A stretch of 64,000 bases of DNA from an uncultured bacterium (GTDB lineage: Bacteria; Oederibacteriota; JAAXVQ01; JAUVAV01): positions 512,001 through 576,000 of the forward strand of contig CAVQBK010000003.1 of NCBI GenBank assembly GCA_963710755.1, written 5' to 3'. Position 1 is the stretch's first letter; each line of letters begins with the position of its first letter. A program made the translations under genes and the position numbers. The notes beneath the pieces were generated by a model, which was given only the letters and a program-made list of their open reading frames with translations, was not told where the DNA came from and made no database searches. Of the stretch, positions 10,301 through 17,491 are shown piece after piece.

Positions 10301-12987
10301 ATGCGGACGTGGACGGGAAACCCTTGTTTGCCAATGATCATCTGGGCGTGATGGTGCAGTGGGCTTCCCAAAAGCAGTCCCACCGTCTGTTGCTTTTACC
10401 AATGACCATGGATCAAGTGCCGGACAGTGTCTTTGGGGGGGAACAAGACCATTTACGGCCGGAAGATTTTGCCAACCGCCTGGTCTTTGACCACCTTTGC
10501 CGTTTTTCGCCTGCGATCCAAGCTGGCCTGCCCAGCAGGGAAGATGTGACCGTTCGGCTTGATTTGAGTCTAATAAATAAAATTGGTAATCATCCGTCAC
10601 CGGCAGTGCTGCAAAAAAATTGGCGCCGTTTTTTAATCCGCATTGGCTTTATCTTGAACCGGAAAGATGGTCACCGTCAACAGCTTCGCCAGATGGACAT
10701 GCAGTGGCCGGCGGTGAGCGGGGGGCTCAACCGGGCGTTGATGGCGGAAAACATGCCGTCCGGTCCAGTGCTGGGTGACCACCAGGACAAACGTCCTGCT
10801 TTCAAGGCCATGGTCCCACCGGAACCGCTTTTCAATAGCGATTTGGAACAAGAGGTGCGCCAGTTGCTTCAAGACTTGATCGCTGTGGAGCAGCAATTGG
10901 CTCAGGCCGCCGGCGTGGAGTTACAAGTTTGGCTGGATTTGGGGTATGGGCTCAATTGGGAACAAGCCAAGCAACGCGACCAACTCCTAAGCCTGCAACA
11001 TGAACTCACCACTTCCGGCAGTTTGCTTAATGCCCTCAAGACCCAGGCCTGGATAAGTAACCAGATTCCTGACCAGGATAGTGACGGCCACCAAGCTTTT
11101 TTGGATGATCAGCCTCTGGAAGTGGCCCAAAGGTATATGAGTTTTAGGTTTAAATCGTGGGGAACCCAGGAAGGGGCGCTACTGCAACGGCAAGCTTTGG
11201 AAAAAGTTCAGGGTGAAAATAATGTTTCACAGGAGGCTTGGGAACAACTATGGCGCCAGCGGGACGAATTGAGGTTGAAATTAACCCATTTGGCCCTCTC
11301 CGATGATCTGGAAGCACGAGAATTGACCTCAGCGGGTATGGGCCGCTGGCCCTGGCTGCAGAAGCTGTATGATAATCTGGAATCCAGCTTGCTGCCGCAG
11401 TGGGGGGCTAAGTGGAGCGCCATAATTGCCCAGGCCTGGGCACCAGCACTTTTGGAAACCGGGTTGGCCGTGGGCACCTTGACCTATGGGATCCAGGCGC
11501 TGGTTAATGTGATCAGTCCTGGTTTGTTGGGTACAGGCCTGGCTTTTTGGATCAGCTTGGCCATCAGCCTGGGGCTATGGCAAATGGGCCATTTACCTTG
11601 GCAAACCCTTGGCACTCAACCATTAGCGCAAATGATCGCCAAACAGGGACGGCAGATGATGAGCAAACCCTTGGTGATTATCACCGGCTCGAGCTTGTTG
11701 GCCACAGCGCTGCTCCAACCGACGGGCGTGGCTTCGGCCATGCTGCTCTGGGCCGTACTGATCGCCATTCATGTCCTGGTCAATTCAACCGCTTTGGCCA
11801 GAAAGGCCCGGCCGGCCGCTTTCACCAGCAGGACAGAGCAGGGTGCTCTGGGCAAGCATTTGATGAAGGTACAAGCCTTGACACAAGGGGCCAACAGCCT
11901 CTTGACCAAAAAGCGGGCCTTCTGGGAAAAGGGTATTGGCCGTGGGATGCAATGGTTGCTCTTCAGTCCCATGGTGCCTGCAGCCGGGAGGATGCTGCGA
12001 ATGGGCCTAGGCCCGTGGTTGAACAGCCATGGCCAGCTATGGCGCAAGCTGGCTACGCCAGCTGCTCCCTGGGAACAGCCAGTGCGGCGTTTGATCGTGC
12101 AACAGTTGTTGGAGCAGGACGCTGACTCAGCGGTCAATGCCTTAAGCGGGCCCAGCATCAAAGTTGAAGTACTCAGCCCCTACAACCGTCATTTCATGCA
12201 AGGCACTTTGGGCATAGGCGGGGGCTATTATTGGCAGGGTCAAACCCTTACCTTGCTGGTGGCACCTTATCTGCTGGATAGCCTAGCCGCAACCCCACAG
12301 GCTGCTGCTTCTCTGTCTTTCCGGTTGCGCCGGCAGCTGCTGGCCCTGATGAGTGCCCAAGCTACCAGGATTTATATCCACCAACCGGCTAAGGTTTCCG
12401 TGCGACAACCTGCACCAAAGCCACCGGCTTTGGTGCAGGTCTTCATGGCGCTGTCCCTACGCTTAGCCGGGCGTTTGCCTTCAAGCTATCGCCGCGTTGT
12501 TCATCGCTTCTGGCTGAGCCGCCAGCCCCAAGCATACCGGGTCTTCCAGTTTGGGCAGGACCACTCCGGCTTGGCTCAGGCACTGTTGGATCACACCAGC
12601 ACCCTTTATCAGGCCTACCTGTTGTATTATAAGGAACCCAGTGATAAGACCAGGGCGGCCTGGTGGCACCAAGCTGTGCTGGCTATGGTGCCGGTCGGCC
12701 ACCAAAACCAGGCTGTTGCTTTGCAAGCCAATTTAGCCACTTTTTCCAGAATTAATACCATGATGGGTGTAAAGCAAACAACGGTGGGCCATTGGCGTCA
12801 GACCGGTGATCATCAGCAGGCAGACCTTATTTATCTTCCCCATGCCTGGCTGGTTAATCCTGACCATGTAAAGTTGAAAAGCAGCATGCGTCATCTGTTG
12901 GGTCAGGCAAGGCCGGAGGCTTTACAGCTGAACCGCGTCTGGCATCGGGGTATACCGCTTAAGCCCAGCCTGGCCGGTTCGGTGTAG
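4372..12987 (+). CDS. Giant 2871-aa multidomain membrane protein: signal peptide, ChaN/TraB-like N-domain, TM block, GH13-like domain, duplicated unit, CPBP-like TM block
   Basis: Uninterrupted 8.6-kb ORF with SD and promoter; motifs DDLH/VEG/GMED/GGYH, GFDGVRVD..E..FDD, APALLE..H..HVLVN. Domain names are inferred from motifs. Confidence 0.85.
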   Translation: MSPMPTKRLLLLASFRHPRRQRRSGLAAMLVMVNLLLPLFSWAFEPPARLWPQLDRITFQRRLGLPKEAGSISALSTGQGPMVVMIDDLHCQEEVQRHIAMILERLNTTMGITLTMVEGAHSRVRVDQLSQLSQARVREKVAGYFLTQGTLTGAEYAAINSAGAIELLGMEDQRAYHRSQDLARSFLTSACQGDVLDLEQALQDLKGHLFPAPWLAHDRLRQAFRNGTSSLHQYSLALAKVGRKAGLDLNAFPALSQLLTSPSLAHHEVFDPDQLLEEDNALEKIIRAGLSVTPAQRTWEEMDQRVQLMQKLLSISATPAEWHTFQKLGSTLQVPAILAFIQQQDPNHPLLLETSLNHLDHALNQARAFYTLADRRSEYFVTNVLAAMQAHRQQAVAVVCGGYHRDQILEALKAKGIGYVSIRPHLGRADRLNPYFSLLREERSDLEKWLMKNQTLMALPTTFLQGEGDLATLLRQAPMAVKLARKERALFKLQGLLAELIEHHDNSQDMLARTLAAQDALHEPTLAIEKNGVILDARRTYFAFPLKTLGLAIVLHRPGQSNTAALSQWAFSRSLQIDLVPIKVLNAHLASVGHGPYWWQQQVVQEWQKLAVAGQKVLAQIQAWKTHWLNLATPEREEQWFRLLPMLLWHVGLAPAGGVLLASAAIFLMLHRRQHWTPGQWLGATVMTAVISLLYYSTALAVSLAGAGQVLAAATATLVSSQSHRLNNQWLAPRLPRWLPALSLASPDAKTDKRSAAQLTASATALREALMAPVVKTMIHMASYLNSDQGKLPPALETQNAGLIMANNMMEMTTEAVKENLIQVNLGKIVRVYKWMVDSLGAFWHNSNLPLAHYPLYFIKPSNSSRYIHGLDFKTIFSRWPPRAHWNDQDKASLLLYLREQKEVLHIDEKVTLNDAMVAFRPHSQEMVLILTMTIDGRRLTIPMGYFTKQEQQQAQGRQFLLGDRFGNIFSPQGAEAITYNLDQDQIKAMVDSAHAQNQKIIANFYEWRAPEYVTEENYHHYYHHFIPAQDQRDDARLLQDTNLDWVVLHLSGGRRVLVERVSGHHGHPLWATQDQLLPDLGKKDGTPQEQDNYHYWKRVYLQNLEQLANWGFDGVRVDLVHGFGREGDYRIFKDLVQETMAYAKASRQARFYFFLETYPDMYFYDQRFTDYFRAWNQDLPYAAIKIYHAKIERELVNAKNGEQALDQLMWTLHWLLKHPEGATGELIPIASFDDYSLSDIARHSNMPLPALQEFMLLLGKAGYNVLAVDRDLMGLQGELIPTVPGGTDDGARNGHYVTHRVPDQEELPQWLSRGYTGLLQRTQLLELMETVDDYPAVAGIDVDIAGRTVTFTFADHRQRRFNFRDLGRGQMPISTAQGEVWETPLLSEDAQRDLTELQQIEQELAAAAGLSLEAWRNLGAGVSQDVLEQHHLINPFGKEGWHNFLGFVKGMAWERAGIGQQQVAPFDTYLARHADQLVADYLSMRDIPYIVEGKWQQWRILEATVAMEHREHVRHLWQQAWKIRTTLLNEAHDLDKAAALSSEAPPEQPQVQTIQRPLVASYLRQWIIRVLAAPKARLLAQALSFINRPNKMQILMDLTAQAGQPGTTLWQQGLSAIYPTLSMFNRPEFHGIKATLCLAKPFLSKGSGLVDQAREVLWQPWEALANKQDYPALRAIIQKYVKGLNQEDPQTLPLRLQLSLPEWLTYQDLMTILRAMPQDTRQVPALNALWQRILNDFIVYLHNRSDQNQIDGLDEVLNKKNSYRRAQRLLRSNLLDQGTYFQDYVQDRLNHAETQALFRARVKGLWIGQMAMDINPELREPHKTLIGLDEAGAPLSTTVDFSRLYLSHTDLTALAWDEAQCLDLVVDQIKVMSMIPAAARLVAINPMVKQAQDQNISFKLAWEREDLRRQSLGLIPLSQTGQVEIIADQDLADSSQEKPALSLPVSTIKLEEKHLNASRWGELYQQGLRQILLPSDADVDGKPLFANDHLGVMVQWASQKQSHRLLLLPMTMDQVPDSVFGGEQDHLRPEDFANRLVFDHLCRFSPAIQAGLPSREDVTVRLDLSLINKIGNHPSPAVLQKNWRRFLIRIGFILNRKDGHRQQLRQMDMQWPAVSGGLNRALMAENMPSGPVLGDHQDKRPAFKAMVPPEPLFNSDLEQEVRQLLQDLIAVEQQLAQAAGVELQVWLDLGYGLNWEQAKQRDQLLSLQHELTTSGSLLNALKTQAWISNQIPDQDSDGHQAFLDDQPLEVAQRYMSFRFKSWGTQEGALLQRQALEKVQGENNVSQEAWEQLWRQRDELRLKLTHLALSDDLEARELTSAGMGRWPWLQKLYDNLESSLLPQWGAKWSAIIAQAWAPALLETGLAVGTLTYGIQALVNVISPGLLGTGLAFWISLAISLGLWQMGHLPWQTLGTQPLAQMIAKQGRQMMSKPLVIITGSSLLATALLQPTGVASAMLLWAVLIAIHVLVNSTALARKARPAAFTSRTEQGALGKHLMKVQALTQGANSLLTKKRAFWEKGIGRGMQWLLFSPMVPAAGRMLRMGLGPWLNSHGQLWRKLATPAAPWEQPVRRLIVQQLLEQDADSAVNALSGPSIKVEVLSPYNRHFMQGTLGIGGGYYWQGQTLTLLVAPYLLDSLAATPQAAASLSFRLRRQLLALMSAQATRIYIHQPAKVSVRQPAPKPPALVQVFMALSLRLAGRLPSSYRRVVHRFWLSRQPQAYRVFQFGQDHSGLAQALLDHTSTLYQAYLLYYKEPSDKTRAAWWHQAVLAMVPVGHQNQAVALQANLATFSRINTMMGVKQTTVGHWRQTGDHQQADLIYLPHAWLVNPDHVKLKSSMRHLLGQARPEALQLNRVWHRGIPLKPSLAGSV

Positions 12988-13120
12988 CATTGTGGTGACG
13001 GACAAGGATTTTTTAATTAAGAGCTGTTCATCATAAATTCGGTTGGCGGCTGGCATCGATTCTATTACCTAAAAACCGGTCATCGCCAAACAAGGTGGGT
13101 AAATTGGAATTGCTTTTTGC

Positions 13121-13149
13121 CGTTATTCCGGCCAAAGCCGGAATCCGGG
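13121..13149. repeat. REP-like palindrome of the GTCATTCCGGCGAAAGCCGGAATCC type
   Basis: cgttATTCCGGCcaaaGCCGGAATccggg hairpin in intergenic DNA after the giant gene. Confidence 0.5.
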
Positions 13150-13576
13150 GATCTTGATCCAGCCACCAAGTTTTCACTCATATAAAAGGATGGACCAACT
13201 GACCTCACCCCTATTTTAAGTCACCCGCGAGGAGAGTCCCAGGGCGCTTTTTGCCGGCGGCTTCGCTTTGTGTTCCTTCATAAATTCATCAAGTGTTTTT
13301 ATCCCCACCTAAGCTTCTTTCAATACTACGATGATCTATTCTTCAGTATGTTTTTGTCATTTTCGACTCCTGGTTCATTGTGTTTTACATCCAGGAAACT
13401 CACCTTTCAAGTGGCTTTAATTTCGGGGGAGAGGCCAGGGGTTTGTAAGCGAGAAAATATTACATTATTAAGTTGTTAACGTTCCGTACTTTCACACGGC
13501 TTGATGAAATTAAGAAGTGTGTAGGTTGGTGGCTATCCCCAATCCCATTACCAATATTCAATGCCCGTTATATCAG

Positions 13577-13654
13577 GGAATTCATTCCATAGTCTGAACG
13601 GTTAACCTATGGAATGAATTACTTATCTCCAGGTAAATCTCTGGAACCCATTCC
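13577..13654. promoter_or_regulatory. Putative upstream activator sequence for a sigma54 enhancer-binding protein
   Basis: Perfect 14-bp inverted repeat AATTCATTCCATAG (13579-13592) / CTATGGAATGAATT (13607-13620); three GGAA-N4-TT(C/A)C boxes at 13577, 13611, 13643. Confidence 0.6.
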
Positions 13655-13756
13655 ATGCCTATGGCACTCAATCAAGACCATCCCATAAAAGCCTTTAAAT
13701 TCCTATAGAATTAATTCGGGTCCATTCCGTCTCATTTATCACTCATAAAATAAATA

Positions 13757-13773
13757 TTGGCATAGTCTTTGCT
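13757..13773 (+). promoter_or_regulatory. Sigma54 (-24/-12) promoter of the fliL operon
   Basis: TTGGCATAGTCTTTGCT = GG-N10-GC, close to TGGCAC-N5-TTGCW, 40 bp upstream of the fliL ATG. Confidence 0.8.
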
Positions 13774-13812
13774 TTTTTAATGCAGCGACTCATTCTGACA
13801 AGGAGAGCTCTT

Positions 13813-14397
13813 ATGGCCAATGACAAAGAATCTCAAGAAACTCAGGACAATGCCTTAAAACAAATGAAGTTGCTCATCATGGTGGTGTTGGTGATTGCCA
13901 TGGTGGCCCCCTTTTTATCCACCTCCATGGCTGTGAAAGGCATTAATGCAAAATTGAACAAGCTCAGTGCTGTTGCCAAGAGTGAACCCACAGAGGAAAA
14001 CCAGGCGGAGGCGGAGACATTGCCCATGGCATTTTTTAAGCCCATGGAGTTTCTGGTTAATCTTGGGGATACGGACGGCAGCCACTACTTACGGGCTACC
14101 GTTAGTTTAGGGGCGCGCCTGAGCAAGGAAGATTTGAATGGGGAAGGTAAAAAAGGCGGCGGTCACGGCGGCGGCGAGAGTGGTGCTGCACCAGAACCTG
14201 CTTTTTTTAACACCATCAAAGCTCAGGAACCGATCGTGCGCGATACCATCATTTCCGTGATTTCCAACTATACCATGGACGATTTGGTGGCTCCGGCCGG
14301 GAAAAACAAACTCAAGGAGACCATCCGCAACCGGCTGCGTTCAGAATTTAACCGTGAAGATCTGGAGGTTTATTTCACGGCGTTTACCCTGCAATAG
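13813..14397 (+). CDS. fliL: Flagellar basal body-associated protein FliL
   Basis: N-terminal TM, FLVNL...HYLR, VRDTII, VYFTAFTLQ C-terminus; AAGGAG SD before ATG 13813. Confidence 0.9.
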   Translation: MANDKESQETQDNALKQMKLLIMVVLVIAMVAPFLSTSMAVKGINAKLNKLSAVAKSEPTEENQAEAETLPMAFFKPMEFLVNLGDTDGSHYLRATVSLGARLSKEDLNGEGKKGGGHGGGESGAAPEPAFFNTIKAQEPIVRDTIISVISNYTMDDLVAPAGKNKLKETIRNRLRSEFNREDLEVYFTAFTLQ

Positions 14398-14430
14398 ATC
14401 AACAAGCTGATTCAGACTAAAGGAGCAGGC

Positions 14431-15447
14431 ATGGCCTCATCAGAAAAACGGGCGGCCAAAGCACCGGCAACGTTGGCTTCAATACCTGTACGGGTGCGCC
14501 GCTACGACTTTAAAACTGTCCGCAAATTAAAACAAACCCAGCGCATCCGGCTGGGCGCCATTCATTCCCGCATGGCCGCAGTGCTGGCCAAACGCATGGA
14601 GGACTTGTTGCATGGCCATGTGGAAACATCCTTCCTGGGATTGGAGCAGGTGATGGTCAATGCCTTCCAGCCCGCGGACTACGGTGAAGTCGTTTGCATC
14701 ACTTTCAGCCTGGACCCGGGGCTGGGTCAGTGTTTTGCGTTGTGCCCGCGGGAGATTGCCTTTTTTGTTATTGAGCGGCTCCTGGGGAGCACGGGGGAAC
14801 AATTGTTCATGGACAAGCCGCTTTCCGGCTTTGAACGGCGCATGCTTCTGCGCTTTGGTCAGGAGCTGTGGTTCAGTCTGCAAAGCGGATTTGACCAGGA
14901 CAAGGAGCCCCAAGGGGGCTGCGTGAAAATTACGGAAGGCGTGGAGCCTTTTGCCGAGGACATGGCTTATGAAATTTTACTGCTGAGCAGGATCAATGTG
15001 CAGGCACCGTACCATCAAGGCAAGATTACCATGATATATCCTTATGCTCTGGCCCGGCCATGGATTGACGATCAGGAAGACAATGCCGGAGCCACCGAGG
15101 ACAACAGCTGGCGTACTTCCGAGATTGGTATCCCCAGCAGTCTGGCCCAAGCCCCGTTGGCAATGACCGTCAAGATGGATACCACGCCCATTAAAGTTTC
15201 GGATTTTACCAGTCTGCAAGAAGGGGATTGCATTCAGCTCAATCATTCCATTCATGATCCTTTTGAAATTATGGTGGAGAACCAGGTGAGGTATCGCGGC
15301 TACTTGGGTGTGGCCGGCCGGCAAATGGCCGTCAAGATCGCAGCCAAGCTAACCCCGGTACCGCCGTCACCGGGAGAACAACCGGGCAAGACGCAAGCCG
15401 GCCTGCAGGCTGGCGCTACGGGTAATCAACAGCAGGAGGCCGGATAA
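14431..15447 (+). CDS. fliM: Flagellar motor switch protein FliM (divergent)
   Basis: YDFK motif, IERLLG, C-terminal SpoA domain (LQEGDCIQL, G.LGVAGRQMAVKI); lies between fliL and fliN. Confidence 0.85.
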   Translation: MASSEKRAAKAPATLASIPVRVRRYDFKTVRKLKQTQRIRLGAIHSRMAAVLAKRMEDLLHGHVETSFLGLEQVMVNAFQPADYGEVVCITFSLDPGLGQCFALCPREIAFFVIERLLGSTGEQLFMDKPLSGFERRMLLRFGQELWFSLQSGFDQDKEPQGGCVKITEGVEPFAEDMAYEILLLSRINVQAPYHQGKITMIYPYALARPWIDDQEDNAGATEDNSWRTSEIGIPSSLAQAPLAMTVKMDTTPIKVSDFTSLQEGDCIQLNHSIHDPFEIMVENQVRYRGYLGVAGRQMAVKIAAKLTPVPPSPGEQPGKTQAGLQAGATGNQQQEAG

Positions 15448-15977
15448 TGGGAGAAAAAGCAGCATGGCAAATTTTAAAACCAGGGGTTGTTCAGACAGGC
15501 GCGGCCAACGCCAATCCCAGCGAACCCGCTATGGAAGCGGGCGCCGTGGAGGAGGAAGGCTTTTTACAGGAAACGGTTAAAGGCAAAGCTCAGCGCCAGG
15601 AATCGCGATCCCGAGATTATGGACGTCAGGGCTTTGACCAGCTTTCGGCCAAGGTGGTGCCTGAGAGTGAATGCGTGCAGCGGGTCAAATTTCCTGCTGT
15701 GCAAAGCACCCTGAACGATACGCAAGCTCTGGAAAAAATTGATTATCTGCGTGATGTGGATCTGGAAGTGGGTGTGGAATTGGGCAACACCATCTTATCC
15801 ATCAATAAAATTCTGGGCCTGGATGTGGGCTCGGTGGTGGAGCTCAATCAGACGGTAGGTGAGGAAGTCCGCATCCTGATCAACGGCAATCCTTATGCCC
15901 TGGGCGAGGTGGTGGTGATCGGAGAAAAATTCGGCGTCCGTCTGACCCGTATTATCCACGAACGGGGGCAAGGATAA
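15447..15977 (+). CDS. fliN: Flagellar motor switch protein FliN
   Basis: DVDLEVGVELG...GSVVEL...ALGEVVVIGEKFGVRLTRI SpoA domain. Confidence 0.92.
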   Translation: MGEKAAWQILKPGVVQTGAANANPSEPAMEAGAVEEEGFLQETVKGKAQRQESRSRDYGRQGFDQLSAKVVPESECVQRVKFPAVQSTLNDTQALEKIDYLRDVDLEVGVELGNTILSINKILGLDVGSVVELNQTVGEEVRILINGNPYALGEVVVIGEKFGVRLTRIIHERGQG

Positions 15978-16402
15978 TGAATGAAGCGGCAGTCGATTTA
16001 TGGAGCTCCACCATGACGGCGCAAGCCTATAGCGGGTTGCAGGATATCAGCCTGGGCCGTTACCTAATCTCCTTGCTGCTGGTCCTGGCAGTGCTCATGC
16101 TGGCGGCTTGGCTGGTGCGCAGGGCCGGATGGTTTCAAACCGTGAGCCAGAAGCCGGACATCGCAGAGCCCGAGGATAAACTCTTGTTTTACACCCAGTT
16201 CAATAGCGAACAGACCCTGATGGTGGTCGAACAAAAACAAACCATTTATTGCTACATTATGAAAGGCAAACAAACACAACTGGCCACGCCCTTGCCGGGC
16301 CTGGTCGTTAAACCGGAACATTCTCACAAGACAGCCAAGCCCAGCCAATCCTTTCAAGCCTTCTGGCTGCAGGCTCTGGGTAAAAAGCGGGGCAAAAACT
16401 AA
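15977..16402 (+). CDS. fliO: FliO/FliZ-like flagellar biosynthesis protein
   Basis: Single TM (YLISLLLVLAVLMLAAWLVRR); translationally coupled between fliN and fliP. Confidence 0.7.
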   Translation: MNEAAVDLWSSTMTAQAYSGLQDISLGRYLISLLLVLAVLMLAAWLVRRAGWFQTVSQKPDIAEPEDKLLFYTQFNSEQTLMVVEQKQTIYCYIMKGKQTQLATPLPGLVVKPEHSHKTAKPSQSFQAFWLQALGKKRGKN

Positions 16403-17178
16403 TGCGAAGGCGCTGGCTCATGATCCTGCTGATGGGGGGGGCATTATTCCTGCCCTTGGCTGCCAGCGCGGCCAACACGACCTTCACCCTCAACCTGGGT
16501 CAGTCCGGCTCCGGTCTGCAGGTAGCCCTCAACCAGCCCGCCCATGGACAGGATCTGTCCACCATGATCAAACTGTTGTTGCTCTTCACAGTCATTTCGT
16601 TGGCGCCTGCTATTTTAGTGATGTGCACGTCTTTTACCCGTATTCTGATCGTGCTCTCTTTTTTACGGCAGGCCCTGGGTATTCACAATGTGCCGCCCAA
16701 TCAGATTCTGATTGCCATCGCGCTTTTTTTAACGGCCTTTAACATGCTGCCGGTGTGGAACCAAATCCAGAGCCAGGCCCTGGTGCCTTACCAGGCTGGT
16801 CAGATCTCCTGGTCGGAAGTCGGCCAAAAAGCAGTGGAACCGGTGCGCCTGTTCATGGTCCGCCATACGCGCACCAAGGATATGGCTCTCTTTATTAAAC
16901 TGGCCAAACAAGCCCCGCCGGCCACACCTCAGGATGTCTCCTTTTTAACGCTTATTCCCAGTTTTATTCTCAGTGAACTGCGCATTGCTTTTCAAATCGG
17001 ATTTTTGCTGTATCTGCCTTTTTTGGTGGTGGACATGGTGGTGGCCAGCATTTTGCTCAGCATGGGCATGATGATGCTGCCGCCCATCATGATCTCTCTG
17101 CCTTTTAAAATATTATTGTTCGTGCTGGTGGATGGTTGGAATTTGCTGGTGACAGCACTGCTCAAGAGTTTTCATTAA
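16402..17178 (+). CDS. fliP: Flagellar export gate protein FliP
   Basis: TSFTRILIVLSFLRQALG, PPNQ, MGMMMLPP, PFKILLFVLVDGW motifs. Confidence 0.97.
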   Translation: MRRRWLMILLMGGALFLPLAASAANTTFTLNLGQSGSGLQVALNQPAHGQDLSTMIKLLLLFTVISLAPAILVMCTSFTRILIVLSFLRQALGIHNVPPNQILIAIALFLTAFNMLPVWNQIQSQALVPYQAGQISWSEVGQKAVEPVRLFMVRHTRTKDMALFIKLAKQAPPATPQDVSFLTLIPSFILSELRIAFQIGFLLYLPFLVVDMVVASILLSMGMMMLPPIMISLPFKILLFVLVDGWNLLVTALLKSFH

Positions 17179-17202
17179 TACTTTTTTTGGAGGCACAAGG
17201 TC

Positions 17203-17472
17203 ATGAATGAATTATTGGTGATGAAATTGGCCAAGGATGCCCTGATTTTAATCGCCCTGGTGGCCGCGCCGTCGCTGGTCTTTGGTCTGGTGGTGGGCTT
17301 GGTGGTCAGTGTTTTCCAGGCCGTAACCTCCATACAGGAAATGACGCTGGCCATCATTCCCAAAATCTTCGCAGTCTTTATTGCCTTGCTGATATTCGGA
17401 CCGTGGTGCATGAAACTGATGACCAGTTTTGCTTATCAAATTATATCCAATATTCCCAAGTACGTGCATTAA
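17203..17472 (+). CDS. fliQ: Flagellar export gate protein FliQ
   Basis: GLVVSVFQAVTSIQEMTL..IPKI motif, 89 aa. Confidence 0.96.
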   Translation: MNELLVMKLAKDALILIALVAAPSLVFGLVVGLVVSVFQAVTSIQEMTLAIIPKIFAVFIALLIFGPWCMKLMTSFAYQIISNIPKYVH

Positions 17473-17491
17473 AGCCGGAACAGAGGTGGGC

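Noticed and set aside
13270-13479. 69-aa ORF in the gap before fliL
   Set aside because: GTG start without SD, low-information AT-rich sequence, no motifs
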